DNA of 64,000 nucleotides from Mobula hypostoma (taxonomy: Eukaryota): contig NC_086108.1 of NCBI RefSeq assembly GCF_963921235.1, positions 66,032,001-66,096,000 of the forward strand, given 5' to 3'. How positions within the stretch are numbered: the first letter of the stretch is position 1; every line of letters starts with the position of its first letter. The notes beneath the pieces were generated by a model that did not search any database, was not told where the DNA came from, and saw nothing but the letters and a program-made list of their open reading frames with translations. This document shows positions 37,705 to 55,639 of the stretch, piece by piece. The position numbers were made by a program, and so were the translations under genes.

Positions 37705-39682
37705 TGGATGAGTATGCTGTAGTTGTTACCGACTTATTAAAACCATGTGTGGATGAGTGTGTGCCTTCAAAGACTTGCTGTACATTCCCAAACCAAAAAC
37801 TGTGGATGAACCAGGATGTATGTCATCTGCTGAAGGCTAGATCTGGGTCATTCAAGGCTGGTGACCTAAATCTGTACCAGAAAACCAGGTCTGACTTGTG
37901 GAGGGCTATTTCAAGGGCGGAGACAATTTTGAACGAGGTTGGAGGTGACATCGGATGTACGACAACTCCAGCAGGTTTGCAAGACATTACTTCCTACAAG
38001 TGAAACCCAGTAGCATGAATGGCAGTGCTGCTTCACTACCAGATGATCTCAATGCCTTCTATGCCCAGTTTGAAGGGGAGAACATAACTACAGCTGTGAA
38101 GATCTCTGCTGCACCCAGTGATCCTGTGATCTCTATCTCAGAGGCTGATGTCAGGCTGCCTTTAAAGAGGGTGAACCCTCGCAAGGTGGAAGGCCCTGAC
38201 AGAGTACCTGGTAAGGCTCTGAAAACTTGCACCAACCAAGTGGCAGGAGTATTCAAGGATATTTTCAACCTCTCACTGCAACAGGAAGATGCTCCCACTT
38301 CTTACAAAAAGGCAACAATTATACCAGTGCCTAAAAAGAATAATATGAGCTGCCTTAATAACTATCACCCAGTAGCACTCTCATCTACAGTGATGAAATG
38401 CTTTGAGAGTTTGGTTGTGACTAGACTGAACTCCTGCCTCAGCAAGGACCTGGATCCACTGCAGTTTGCCTATCGCCACAATAGGTCAACGGCAGATACA
38501 ATCTCAATGGCTCTTCACATGGCCTTAGACCTCCTGTTCAATACAAACACCTATGTCAGGATGCTGTTCATTGACTACAGCTCAGCATTTAATGACACCA
38601 TTCCCACAATCCTGATTGAGAAGTTGCAGAACCTGGACCTCTGTACCCCCCTCTGCAATTGGATCCTTGGCTTCCTAACTGGAAGACCACAATCCGTACA
38701 GATTGGTGATAATATCTCCTCCTCGCTGATGATCAACACTGGTGCACCTCAGGGGTGTGTGCTTAATCCACTGCTCTACTCTCTCTATACACATGACCGT
38801 GTGGTAGGCATAGCTCAAATACCATTTATAAATTTGCTGATGATACAACCATTGTTGGTAGAATCTCGGGTGGAGAGGAGAGGGCTACAGGAGTGAGATA
38901 TATCAACTAGTGGAGTGGTGTCTCAGCAACAATCTTGCACTCTATGTCAGTAAGTCGAAGGAGTTGACTATGGATTTCAGGAAGGGTAAGACAAAGGAAC
39001 ACATACCAATGCTCATAGAGGGATCAGAAGTGAAGAGAGTGAGCAGTTTCAAGTTCCTGGGTGTCAAGATCTCCGAGGACCTAACCTGGTCCCAATATAT
39101 CGATGCAGCTATAAAGGCAAGACAGCAACTATACTTCATTAGGAGTTTGAAGAGATTTGGAATGTCAACAAAACCGCTCAAAAGCTTCTACAGATGTACC
39201 ATGGAGAGCATTCTGACAGGCTGCATCACTGTCTGGTATGGGGAGGCTACTGCACAGGACCGAAAGAAGCTGCAGGGGGTTGTAAATTTAGTTGGCTCCA
39301 TCTTGGGTACTAGCCTACAAAGTACCCAGGATATTTTCAAGGAACGGTGTCTCAGAAAGGCAACATCCATCATTAAGGACAGCTAGCACTCGGGATATGC
39401 ACTTCTCTTTGTTACCATCAAGTGGGAGGTTCGGAGGCCTGAAGGCACACACTCAGTGCTTCAGGAACTGTTTCTTCTCCTCTGCCATTTGATTCTTAAA
39501 TGGACATTGAAGCTGTGAACACTACCTCACTTTGAGATATTATTTCTGTTTAATCTATTCAATATACATATATGGTCATTGATTTATTTATTATTACTTC
39601 TTCTATATTTTGTATTGAACTGCTGCTGCTAAATTAACAAATTTCACAACACATGCCAATGATAATAAACCTGATTCTGATT
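37705..39682 (+). mobile_element. Rex1/Babar LINE, RT region and 3' end
   Basis: [28 protein letters not shown] and TGAPQGCVLNPLLYSLYT (ORF 37955-38896), frameshifted at KFADD. C-terminal ORF 38910-39386 and tail aataaacctgattctgatt. Confidence 0.9.
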
Positions 39683-39879
39683 TCTAATGAAATGAACAGA
39701 ACAAATTACCACTGTGAGTGGTGCTTATAATGAGGCAAAATTACTAAGGCAGGGTGGTATCAAACAAAACAAGCCATGTATGAGGATGTTAGATGTATGG
39801 AAAGCTGAATAAAAGCTTTGTCAAAGATGAAGGGTTTATGAAATTTCTCAAAGGAGGTGAAAGCAACATAAATGACAAG

Positions 39880-42445
39880 GTTTTGCTTCCAGATGAGCTC
39901 AGTGTCTTTTATGCTCACTTTGAGAGATTAAAGATGGAGGCAGCTTCATAAATCCCCACAGCCCCTGACAATCATTCAGAGGGTGAACCCATCAAAAGCA
40001 TCTGATCTAGATGGCGTACCTGGCCAAGCACTGAAGATCTGTGCTAATCAACTGGTTGGAGTGATTCCCACTGCTCCTGGGAAACACTGTCTCATTCTGC
40101 CCTGCAGAGCTGATGTACAGTTAGAATGACAATAAAGTTTTTTGAATCTTGAATCTTGATTACAGACATCTTCTACCTCTTGATTTGGCAGTCAGACATA
40201 CCTGCTTCAGGAATGCTTTAATTATACCAGTGCCCAAAATGAATGCAGTAATCTGCCTCAGTGACTAACATCCAGCAGCATTTACTATCAATCCACTGTG
40301 ATGAAGCCTTTGAGAAGCTGGTCATGAAGCATATCAAATCTTGCCTGAGGAGAGACTTGGATCTGTTCCAGTTTGTCTACTGTCACAACAAGTCAACAGC
40401 AGATGCCATTTCATTGGCCTTTCACTTAGCTCTGGAACATCTTGTCACAATGGGGGCATTGATGGCAGACCCAAATGCAAGACACAGACACTGAAGTACA
40501 AGGAACAGGACTCGACTAAAGTAGGAATGTGACAGGATACAGACAAGGAGCAGGGCCAAGAAAGCAGACTTGGGCTAGGGCATGGACAAGACAGGGAACC
40601 CAGACAAAGAACTATGCACTAGGAGCCTGGGCTTGGGCTCTGAGCCAGAGACTGGACAAGGACCCAGAAAGGGACAGAACCAACCACAGGGTAACAGCAA
40701 TTACAGCCTGGCTTACCCAACAGAAGCAAGGACAGGAAAGGAACTCAATCCAGAGTGGCTCTGAGTCTCAGGGCAGCCAGCAACCTTGGCTGGCTACAGA
40801 AACAGCCAAATCCATACCACAATGACTACTCCAACAAGTGACAACAAGGCTCCATGAAGTAGACCTAGAGATCACAAATGGTTTCACTAGCCTTCCATCA
40901 GCAGGTTACTCCAAGGGGGACTGACAAGACAAACCAGCAGCCCATACTCAACCCCAAGGCTACTTATATTCCAAGCCACAAGATGGGAATCAGGTGCCTA
41001 AGCTTAACTCAATCAAAACAAGGGACAGCTGGAAGACCCGGAGTCCTGAGTCCATGGACCAGACTGTGAACCGGAATGCGGACTTCATGGACCAGACCAT
41101 GACACATCTATACAACGAAGATGCATGCATCACGATGCTCATTATTGACTACAGCTCAGCATTCAACACTATCATCCCCTTCAAACTCATCACTAAACTC
41201 TGAAATATGGGGCTCAATACCATCCTCGATTTCCTCACTTGCAGACTCTAGACAGTACAGGTTGACAACAAATTTTCCTCCTCAATCATCCATCAGCACA
41301 GGTGCACCACAAGGTTGTGTGCTTAGCTCTCTGCTCTACTCACTTTATACTTACGACTATGTGGTTAATTACAGCTCAAATGTCATATTTACATTTGCTG
41401 TTGGCACCACTGTTGGTTGAATCAAAGATAGTGACAAACTGGCATGAAGGAGGGAGATTGACAAACCTAGTTAAATGGTGCCACAACAACCTCTACCCAA
41501 CGCCACTAAAACCAATGAGCTCATTATCGACTACAGCGGGGAGAAGCTGGTGGTCCATGAACTAATCCTCTTTATGGGACCAGGGGTGGAAACTTCTATA
41601 GCTGCCTTCTAAAAACTTCTATAGTTGTACCATGGAGAGCATTCTGACAGGCTGCATCACTGTCTGGTATGGAGGGGCTACTGCACAGGACCGAAAGAAG
41701 CTGCAGAAGGTTGTAAATCTAGTCAGCTCCATCTTGGGTACTAGCCCTCAAAGTACCCAGGACATCTTCAAGGAGCGGTGTCTCAGAAAGGCAGCATCCA
41801 TTATTAAGGACCTTCAGCACCCAGGGCATGCCCTTTTCTCACTGTAACCATCAGGTAGGCAGTACAGAAGCTTGAAGATACACACTCAGCGATTCAGGAA
41901 CAGCTTCTTCCCCTCTGCCATACAATTCCTAAATGGACATTGAATCTTTGGACACTACCTCACTTTTTTTTAATATACAGTATTTTTGTTTTTGCATATT
42001 TTTGTAATCTATTCAATATACATAATTGATTTACTTGCTTATTTATTATTATTATTACTTATTTATTATTTTTTTTCTCTGCTAGATTATGTATTGCATT
42101 GAACTGCTGCTGCTAAGTTAACAAATTTCGCATCACATGCCAGTGATAATAAACCTGATTCTGATTCTGGAGAGGGTCAATAGATTTACATTCCTTGGGA
42201 CTAACCCAAAGGATGTGTCCAAGGACCATCATGTAAGTGCCATCATAAAGAAGACATTGCAGTACCTATACTTCCTTAGAAGTTTGTGTAGGTTCAGCAT
42301 GTCACCAAAAAATTGGACAGCTTCTATAGATGCACAGTGGAGATTACCCGTACTGGTTGCACATGACTTGGTATAGAAACACCAATGCCCAGGGACAGAA
42401 AATCGTGCAGAAGAAAGTGGATGCAGCCCATTCCTTCACAGGCAA
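39880..42445 (+). mobile_element. Older Rex1/Babar LINE hosting a solo LTR and a younger Rex1 3' fragment (41591-42167)
   Basis: FEKLVMKHI…[28 protein letters not shown] and TGAPQGCVLSSLLYSLYT. The host sequence resumes at 41105 and 42168. Confidence 0.8.
40443..41104. mobile_element. Solo LTR, 662 bp
   Basis: Termini TGTCA…TGACA. 5-bp TSD CATCT at 40438-40442 and 41105-41109. It interrupts a Rex1 RT frame. Confidence 0.85.
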
Positions 42446-42449
42446 AATC

Positions 42450-46220
<3,771 letters not shown>

Positions 46221-46221
46221 T

Positions 46222-47730
46222 GATTGAAAGGGAGAACAAAACTACAATGGTGTGAATCCCTGCAGCATCTGGTAACCCTATGAACTTTGTTTCAGAGGCC
46301 GATTTCAGAACGTTTTCAAGAAGATGAACCCTCACAAGGTGTCAGGACTGATGGTAGGTCTCTGAAAACCTGTGCCAACCAACTGGCGGGAGAGCTCAAG
46401 GACATCTTCAATCTCTCACTGCTGCAGTTGGAGATTCCACCTGCTTCAAAAGTTCGACAATCATGCTAGTGCCCAAGTAGAGCAAGGGCAGGGTAAGCTG
46501 CCTCAATGAATATCACCCAGTTGCACTCATATTTATTGCGATGAAGTGCTTTGAGAGGTTGGTCATGGCTAGAATCAACTCCTGCCTCAGCAAGGACCTG
46601 GGCTCCCTACAATTTGCCTCTTGCTACAATAGGACTACAGCAAAATACAATCTCAGTAGATCTCCATTTGGCCTGCTCACTTGGACAATCACAATACCTA
46701 CTATATGTCAGACTGCTGTTTATTGACTACAGCTCAGTGTTCAACACAACCATACCTTCAGTTCTAATCAACAAGCTCCAAAACCTGAACCTCTGTACCT
46801 GCATCTGCAACTGAATCCTTGCCTTTCTCTCCAGGAGACCACAGTTTGTGCAGATCAGATGCAATCTATAAATTTGCTGATGACACATCTATTGTTGGCA
46901 GAGGTTCAGATGGTGATGAAGAAGCATACAGAAGCAAGGTAGATCAGCAGGTTGAGTGGTGTCATAGCAACAGCCTTGTACTCAATGTCAGTAAGGCCAA
47001 AGAATTGCTCGTGGACTTCAGAAAGGGTAAGACAACGGAACACACACCAGTTCTCATTAGTGGATCTGCAGTGAAAAGGGTGAGCAGTTTCAAGTTCCCG
47101 TGTGGCAACATCTCTGCCGATCTATTCTGGGCCCAATATATTGTTGCAATTACAAAGGAGGCACAACAGCGACTACATTTCTTTAGGAATTTCAGGAGAA
47201 TTGGTATGTCACCAAAGACACTTAATAATTTCTACAGACGTCCAGTGGAGGGCATTCTAACTGGTTGCAGCACCATCTGCTATGAAGAGGCCACTGCGCA
47301 GAATTGGAAAAAGCTGCAGAAATTTGTAAACTCAGCCAGCTCTATCATGGGCACCAGCCTTTCCAGCATCAAGGACACCTTCTCAAGGTGATGCCTCAAA
47401 AAGGCAGCATCCATCATTAAGGACTCCTGTCACCCAGAGCAAACCCTCTTCTCATTGTTACCATCAAGGAAGAGGTACAGAAGCCTGAAGACACACACTT
47501 AGTCTTTCAGGAACAGTTGTTTTCCCTTCCCCATCGGATTTCTGAATGGACAGTGAACCCCTGAACACTACCTCAGTAGTTTTCCTTTATTTTTGCACTA
47601 CTTATTTAATTTAATTATATATATTTACTGTAATTCATAGTTTTTGTTATTATATATTGCAGCATACTGCTGCCACAAAACAACAAATTTCATGATATAT
47701 AACAGTAATATTAAACCTGATTTGGATTCT
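46222..47730 (+). mobile_element. Rex1/Babar LINE fragment
   Basis: MKCFERLVMARINSCL, LLFIDYSSVFN and YKFADDTSIVG. (GATTCT)-type tail near 47715-47730. Confidence 0.85.
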
Positions 47731-48999
47731 GGATCTCTGGTGATACCTTTTGGACTTTCCAACAGTTCAGCCATTTTCCAAGCCTTCATTAATGAGATAC
47801 TCTGAGACATGTTACACAGTTATGTCTTCTTCCACCTTGATGACATTCTCATCTTCTCCAAGGACCCCCAAGACCATGTCTATCACATCCATTCAGTCCT
47901 TCAGTGTCTCCTCAAAAATAACTGTACTGCAAGTTAGAGAAAATGCTAGTTCCACACCACAGTTATTTCCTTCCTGAGTTATATCCTTTCATCCTAAGGC
48001 ATAACCCTGGACCCAGAGAAAGTGCGCATCATTGTTAAATGGCCTTGACCATGCTCCCTCATACAGCCACAGCACCTCTTGGGATCTTCTGATCCCTATC
48101 GCTGTTTAATCAGAAATACAGCCAAATTGCTGCTCCTCTCACCTCCCTTACCATGTCACCTACCTCATGGATAACCTGATCTGCTACCTTGGACCACACT
48201 TTTGAGGAGCTCACCAGATACTTCACCACCACTCCCATTTCTTGGCCATCTGAACCCCTCTGGTCCTTTTGTGGTACAGATGAATGCATCTGACAATGGG
48301 CACCAGGGCTATCCTCTTCCAGTGAGGACTGGATGGGAAGATACCTTTGTGGCTTTTTCTCGGTTAAGTTCAACTTTGCATAGTGCTGTTATGGAGGAGA
48401 CAGGGAGCGACTCACCATTAAACGGGCTATGAGGAATGGGCACATTGGCTATCGGGAAACACTAGCTCATCCTGTTGTGTAGTCATGCATATGTTGATCC
48501 TTCTGGGTTGCTGCCAAGCTTCCCTGTGTGTTACGTATTGGACATAATGTGAGAGGTCATTCTGGGTACATGATTCACAAGCTAAATAAACAGCTGTACG
48601 TTTGTTCTTGACCCTGTCTCTCATGTCTGTTATTCACAGCCGCTCAGCTTCCCAGTACCACAAACATAACAACTGATGACAAGGTGACAAATCCTCACAC
48701 TATGTTTATTGTTTTGTTCCCTTCGGTAAGAAAAGTCTGTGTGCCAGGCTGGCTGGGTACTGACTGTGTAGTGTGGGTGAGAGTAAAGAAACCAGGTGCA
48801 AGCTGCGTGGTGAGGGGAATCTGAGGGAAGAGAATGAGAGCAGGACAATTAAATAAAACCATAAGAGGGAGACAGCCAGATAAGACTGGTTAACTTTTCA
48901 TTGTTTGGAAGTATGGCGCCGTATGGCAAAATGACAACAATGAAGTTTATATACTGAAAGATTTGAATATTTTGCACTAGCAAATCAAATTTCAGATAA

Positions 49000-49118
49000 G
49001 GGCAATGTGTGGTTAAGTGCCTAGCTCAAGGACACAACATGCTGCCTCAGCTGAAGCTCAAACTAGCGACCTTCATATCACTAGACCAACGCCTTAACCA
49101 CTTGGCCACGCGCCAACA
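49000..49118 (-). mobile_element. tRNA-derived SINE head (partial)
   Basis: The minus strand has A-box TGGCCAAGTGG (49098-49108) and a degenerate B-box AGTTTGAGC (49056-49064), followed by ttgtgtccttgagc. Confidence 0.7.
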
Positions 49119-50204
49119 TGGTCAACCAAGAACACTGAAATAAAGAAAAATATCTTTTGATAAAACTAAAACTTGACCAAGATAGAGCATACTGAGGATG
49201 GACTGAGTGACTCTCAGTCTGTGGTTAAAGAAGTTTGCATGTTTTATCTGCTTCAGGACACAAAGATGGCTACTGGGTGACCCCACAATTGGACAGGACC
49301 ATAGTCAGGATACAGGTGGACACCAGTGCTGCAGTATTGCCGTTATCAGAGACATTTTACAAGGAGGTGACCTCTTTGCAAGATTGACTGGAGGACAGAC
49401 ATTTAGCAAGATTGACTTGTGTGAAGATTACTTGCAGATGCACGTGGAGCCAGAGTCACAGGAACTGTTGACCATAGTGACTCACAAAGGAATGTTCCGG
49501 TACTGAAGGCTTCTGCTTGGTATCACCTAGGCTCCTGCAGGTTTTCAGTGAGCAATTGACCAGATCCTGAGTGGGTTGACAGGGGTGCAACACTATTCTG
49601 ATGACTTACTCATTACTGGGAAAACTGAGCATGAGCACCTACAAAGCTTAGATCCTACACCACAAAAATTAAAGGAATATGGGCAAAGGATCCAGAAGGA
49701 CATGTTTGAGTTCTTTTGACCTTCGATTGAATATTTGGGTCATGCGATCGACAACTCAGGGCTTCACAAGGCACCATCAAAGGTGAAGACAATTGTAGAG
49801 CCTCCACCACCAGAGAATATGTCAATTAAGATCTTTCTTAGGACTACCAACATACTACGCAAAGTTTGTTCCTAACCTAATTAGCACATTGAATCCAATT
49901 GATAAGCTCTTAAATAATCATCTGGTAGTAGACAGATTGCTGTGAAGAGGCTTTTTAAAAGTCCAAAACAGCTCCGCCACAATCTGAAGCACTCACACAC
50001 TTCAGCCATTCATTGCCCATACATTTGGCCTGCGAAACATCACCCTATGTTCAGGGGGCATTTATCACACACATCATGCCAATAGGTGAAGAGTGTCCAA
50101 TACCTTTTGCATCAAGGTCATTAAGTAGGGCAGAAAGCTAGTAAGCCCAGATTGAGTGTGAAGCACTTGTAATTGGAGTCAGGAAATTCCTACAAACCTG
50201 AATA

Positions 50205-50421
50205 GACTTTGAAGCTTTGGACACTACCTCACTTTCGTAATATACAGTATTTCTGTTTTTGCACATTTTTTAATAATCTATTCAATATGTGTAATTTACT
50301 TGTTTATTTATTATAACTATATTTTCCATCTCTGCTAGATTATATATTGCATTGAACTGCTGCTGCTGTTAAATTTCACATCACATGCCTGTGATAATAA
50401 ACCTGATTCTGATTCTGATTC
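50205..50421 (+). mobile_element. Rex1 3'UTR fragment inserted in the Gypsy RNase H region
   Basis: Matches 41935-42167 and 55350-55577. (GATTCT)3 tail. Confidence 0.8.
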
Positions 50422-53131
50422 TTTGTTCAACGATTTACACTCCTGACAGGTCATTGCCCCTTGATGTCAATTTTTGGTCTACGTGCAGGTATTTCTTCCC
50501 TGGCTGCTAGCTGAATACAATGTTGGGCTCTGTTACTATCTGCACATCTGTACGATATAAAGCACAGGTCTGAGACCCATTTGAATGCTGATGGACTATT
50601 CAGACTTCCCTTTGCTGTTCCAGATCCAGAGCTATCCCCAAAAGATTTTTTATTTCAAGGAAGTATCTACAGCTCCAATAACTGTGCTGCAAGTCTGAAA
50701 GCGCACACATAAACACTCTGTTCTACCAAAACTGGTGGAAATGGTAACTGACAAATGGAAAGGAGAGCCAACCATAGAACAGAAACCTTACTAGACTCGA
50801 TAGAAGGAGCTCACAGTCCAACCAGGAAGTTTACTATGGGGTTACCATGTTGTCACTCTTCCACCATTAAGAAAGCAAGTGCTTGATGAGGTACATGCAG
50901 GAACTATGGTGTAATGTGCAGGGAAGTAATCACACACAGCTACGTTTGATGGCCAGGACTAAGTTTAAGCATTGAAGAGAAGGCTAAAGAATGCCCATAT
51001 TGTCAGCAAATGAGAAATGTTCCTCAGCTTACTCTTTTGAATCCAAGAGAATTGCTTGAAGAACCATGGCAGAGGATTCACATAAGATCTGAAGAAGGCC
51101 ACACGTTTGTGGTCGTAGTGGACACACACAGCAAAGGGCCCAAGAATGCCATCACGAAGAGCAGTACATCTGAAACTGAAGAGCTACGTTCCATCTTGAA
51201 CAGATTGTAAGTGGCAACTCCTGTCTGAAGAGTTCAGGGCCTTTATGGAAGCAAACGGTACTCAGCACAACAAGTCAGTGCCATATCATCCAGCTACTAA
51301 TAGCCTTGCTGAATGATTTGTACAAACAATAAAACAAGCCTTCAAAACTTCAGTGGGGAGTGGAACCCTCAACTAGGGTCTAAGCACCTTCTTGCTATTA
51401 TACTGCAAAACACCTCACGCCACCACCAAAATAGCACCAGCTACTCCACTGATCAACAGACAGATTTTCACCTGGCTTGACCTGCTTAGATCCCCAAAGA
51501 CAAAAAAGACTGCTCTAAATTAACAGAAAACCCAAGCAAAGAGATGTGCCAAAGTGAAGTACAGAAGTGTTACTTGGCCAGAATGGCATCTTTGGAACAA
51601 AGTGAATACCTGTGATAGGGCTGGAGGAAACTGGTCCTTTGTCATACACAGTGGGAACTAGTAAAGACAACATCCGGAGAAGGCAAATTGATCAGCTGTT
51701 ACCCACTTCGGAGGCTACCGAAAACCAACACAAACTGACCAATCCACATTCAGTTGTAGAAATGGGACAAGATTCTGAGATAACTGCAGAACCTGATGGA
51801 GCCATGGTGATCATGGCTGTGGCAGACCGATTCTTCAAGGTGGCCCACTTCAATGCCCTCCCCAACTTGCATCAGCCACTAAGATGGTGGACCTGGTCCT
51901 CCAACATGTAGTTCACTTCCGCAGATTTCATCAAGCTTTGTGCTGAATTGGAGCACACAACTTTCTCTCCCTCTTCTGGCAAGCCTTCTTCTCTCTCTTC
52001 CACACCTCGGTGAGTTTGTCCTCTGGCCATCATCAGCAGACCAACGGTCAGGCAAAAAGCACCACTCAGCATGTGGAGAAGTTTCTGTGATGCTTTGCTG
52101 CCTCTAAACTTGCTACCAGGAAGAAGTGTCTGCTCTGAGACAAGCTGTGCCACAATCTACAAAACTCCTCTGCTCAAGGATGCCACCTTTTGAAGTGCTT
52201 CTTGGCTACCCCCATTATTCCCCATGGAGGAGCCAATGGTGGAGGTCCCATCCACCAGGGCCCTGGCTTGCTGCTCACTGAATGCTTGGAGAACCATCCT
52301 AGCTTCCAACCACACCTACCACCACCAAGCCAATTGCTGGCAGTGCCTAGCCAGACTGCTACGGCCTGAGGAATGTGTGTGACTATCCACCCAAGATCTG
52401 CCCCTGCACATCAACTCCCACAAGCTCTCACCCTGGTTCATTAGTCTCTTCAACATTATCCATAACATCAATCCAGTCACTTACCATCTGCAGCTGCCAA
52501 CATCCCTCAGGATCATACCTACCTTCCATGTGCCCTGCCTTAACCCCATTATCAACCCACCTGGGCCAGCACCACTGGACGCTAGGATGGTGCAAGGTGG
52601 TCCAGTGTACATCGTTTGCCAATTGATGGATTCACATCATCCTTGATAGGGTGTGTAGTACCTGGTTCACTGGGAAGGGTACCAGGAAGAAAGGTTTTTG
52701 GTACCATCCAGTTTTGTCTTGGATTCATCGCTCATTCAGGAATTCCATCAGTCCCACCTGGATTATCTTAGGCCTTTGGATGCAGGCCATAGGAGGGGGA
52801 GTCCTGTCAGGCCTGCACAGGCAGTCACCTCCCAGTCTCCATCCAGCAAACAGGAGTCACCTGCTACTCCTTTCCAGATCAACACCTGCAGCCTGTTTAA
52901 ACCCAGCTCTCATCCTCACTCCTTGTTCACCCATCGAACCAGCCAGCCACAACCAGTTGCTCCAATTCTTCAATTACCTTGCTGCCTGTTGTGTTTAGTA
53001 TCTGTTCTCTCTTGTCTTGTGGCTCCTTGTGGCTTCTAATTTTGCAGTTTATTAGTAAAGTATCATTTACTGCTAAACCATCTTCGCTACTCTGTTTTTG
53101 GGTCAAGCCTTCTCTACATTCCCTGAAAAAC

Positions 53132-53594
53132 GAGTTAGGGTGAAAGATGAAAAGTTTAAGGGGAACAAGAGGGGTACACCTTCACTCAGAGGGCTGTGAG
53201 AGTGTGCTAGCAGACTGTGGATGCCAAGTCTCTGAATGCTTTCAAGGAAGAGATGGATAGAGCTCTTAAAGATAGCGGAATCAAAGGTTATGGGGATAAG
53301 GCAGGAACTGGATACCGATTGTGGATGATCAGCCGTGATAGTGAATGGCAGTGCTGGCGTGAAGGGCAGAATGGCGTACTCCTGCACCTATTGTCTATTG
53401 TCTATTGTCTATTGTGATGGATTTGGGTTCAATTTTAACATTTACGAGAAATTTGGATAGGTACATGGATGGGAGGGGTATGGAGGGCTATGGTTCAGGT
53501 GCAGGAACTAGGCAGATTAAAAGTTCAGCATGGACTAAGTGGGGCAAAAGGCATGTTTCTACACTGTAGTGTTTTATTACTCTATGACTCTATT
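53132..53594 (+). mobile_element. Two adjacent CR1 3' fragments
   Basis: The first ends in (CTATTGT)4 at about 53388-53415 (…FKEEMDRAL..GIKGYG). The second ends in actctatgactctat near 53594. Confidence 0.7.
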
Positions 53595-53838
53595 TGAGAT
53601 AAGGCTCACCACGATGGTATCATCTTAAGGCAAATTTGTAGATGGAGAAAGAGCAAATTCTGGTCACATAGTCATGAGTGTACAGGAAGTAGGGGCTAGG
53701 AATGCAGCCTTGTCAGGCACCAGTGTTGAGGATAATTGTGACAAAGGTGTTGCTGCCTATCTTTACTGATCGTGGCCTGTTGATCAAGACATCAAGGATC
53801 CAGTTGCAAAGAGAGGTGTTGAGTCCCAGGTCTAGGAA
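53595..53838 (-). mobile_element. Rex1 RT fragment
   Basis: Minus strand ctctttgcaactggatccttgatgtcttg…ctcaacactggtgcctgacaaggctgc, homologous to 38650-38800. Confidence 0.65.
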
Positions 53839-54117
53839 TATGGAATTACACTGTTGCAGGGGGAGCTGTAGTGCCCACTGTACAGGGGCTGAGTGATCCA
53901 GAAAAGGCCACCTGCTGAAGTCCCTGCGTTAAGTAGCCCTGGAAACTGTGTTTTAATTTCTTTTGAGCCCAGTCAATTTGTTACTGCTAATCCTGAGCCC
54001 CTGCTAACACCCTCAGCCTTTCAAACTCTCCCAGACTCATCTCTCATGAGCAGCATTCTCCTGGCCTGGCCTACAAGGGAATTGTTTCTTACTCTTCCTA
54101 ACAGCTGGGAGCTTTGT

Positions 54118-54414
54118 TGAGTTTAATTTATTTTTCTTAGTGATACAGCATGGAGTAGGCCCTTCTGGCTCTTCAAGCCACGTTGCCCCAGCAACCCCAC
54201 AACCCTGATTTACAATTAACCCCCTTCGAGACAATATTACATTGGCTAATTAACCAAACCGGTACATCTTTGGACTATGGGAGGAAAGTAGAGCACCCAG
54301 GGAAACCCCACACACTCCATAGGGAGGACGTACAGAGATTCTTTACAGAACAGTGCCTGAAATGAACTCCAGAACTGTAATAACTCTGTGCTAACCGCTA
54401 TGCTGCCATGGCAC
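54118..54414 (-). mobile_element. V-SINE / HE1-like tRNA-derived SINE
   Basis: tRNA-like head (tggcagcatagcggttagc). V-domain-like core gtgggtttccctgggtgctctactttcctcccatagtccaaagatgt. CR1-like 3' end gaagggcctactccatgctgta. Confidence 0.75.
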
Positions 54415-54704
54415 CTGTGACATGAATAGTTGCTTTCATACATTTTTAAAGTGCCATTTCCTGTGCTTTCATTAAATGTTGGCTTCACTGGAAGTGTTAT
54501 TACAATATTGCTTAAAATTCAAAAATATTTAGAAAATGTACTGGGATAAATAATACCCAATAGTCCTGAAAATATGCTCCTGCAATCCTAATAAAATATT
54601 GGGGTGTCAAATTATTGGAACTTTACTGTAACTGTCTTGAAATAACTGGTACCAAACCCGAAGTCTCAAATCAATTTTCTCATTTTGTTGAATATGTGAA
54701 AAGA

Positions 54705-55577
54705 AGTTGCTGACAACACGACCATTGTTGGTAAAATCCGAGGTGGTGATGAGAGGGCGTATATGAGTGAGATACGCCAACTAGTGGAGAGGTGCCACAG
54801 CAACAACCTGGCACTCAACGTCAGTAAGACGAAAGAGCTGATTGTGGACTTCAGGAAGGGTAAGACGAAGGAACTCATACCAATCCTCATAGGGAGATCT
54901 GAAGTGGAGAGAGTGAGCAGTTTCAAGATCTCTGTTGATCTAACTTGGTCCCAACATATCGATGTCGTTATAAAGAAGGCAAGACAGCGGTTATACTTCA
55001 TTAGGAGTTTGAAGAGATTTGGTATGTCAACAAATACACTCAAAAACTTCTATAGATGTACCGTCGGGAGCATTGTGACAGGCTGCACCACTGTCTGGTG
55101 TGGTGCGGTGGGGGTGGGGGGAGCTACTGCGCAGGACCGAAAGAAGCTGCAGAGGGTTGTAAATTTAGTCAGCTTCATCTTGGGTACTAGCCTACAAAGT
55201 ACCTAGAACATCTTCAGCGAGCGGTATCTCCAGCACCCTGGGGATGCCCTTTTCTCACTGATACCATCAGGGAGGAGGTACAGAAGCATGAAGGTGCACA
55301 CTCATTGATTCAGGAACAGCTTCTTCCCCTCTGCCATCCGATTCCTAAATGGACATTGAACCCTTGGACACTACCTCACTTTTTTTAATATACAGTATTT
55401 CTGTTTTTTTGCACATTTTTAATCTATTCAATATACATATACAGATTTGATTTACTTATTTATTATTATTATTATTTTAATTTTTTTTTCTTCTATATTA
55501 TGTATTGCATTGAACTGCTGCTGCTGAGTTAACAAATTTCACATCACATGCCGGTGATAATAATAAACCTGATTCTG
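54705..55577 (+). mobile_element. Rex1/Babar 3' fragment
   Basis: NNLALNVSKTKELIVDFRK, KKARQRLYFIRSLKRF and a shared 3'UTR/tail. Confidence 0.88.
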
Positions 55578-55639
55578 AAGAACAATGCCCGCTTCATGTA
55601 GAGACTGAATTGAATTATTGGGAAATGATGTAAAATGTT

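Larger units (their letters stand above)
48473..51790 (+). mobile_element. Gypsy LTR retrotransposon of a different, non-chromovirus lineage; degenerate, 3' LTR missing
   Basis: LTR-like TGTTG…TAACA at 48473-48671 containing AATAAA, with a PBS-like actgatgacaagg. RT (DLFARLTGGQTFSKIDL..YLQM, THKGMFRY), RNase H (IPFASRSL, QIECEAL) and integrase (PWQRIH, VVVDTHSK, PYHPATNSLAE). Confidence 0.78.
47731..53130 (+). mobile_element. Second Sushi-like Gypsy, in pieces at about 47731-48472 and 51795-53130, split by another Gypsy
   Basis: RT (AIFQAFINEIL, HLDDILIFS) and RNase H remnants before 48472. Integrase (AVADRFFKVAHF), chromodomain (YLVHWEGY near 52659), PPT AGGAGGGGGA at 52791-52800 and an LTR starting TGTCA at 52805. 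Confidence 0.75.

Noticed and set aside
49050..49118. tRNA gene
   Set aside because: Degenerate B-box, no complete cloverleaf, and it continues into SINE body sequence.
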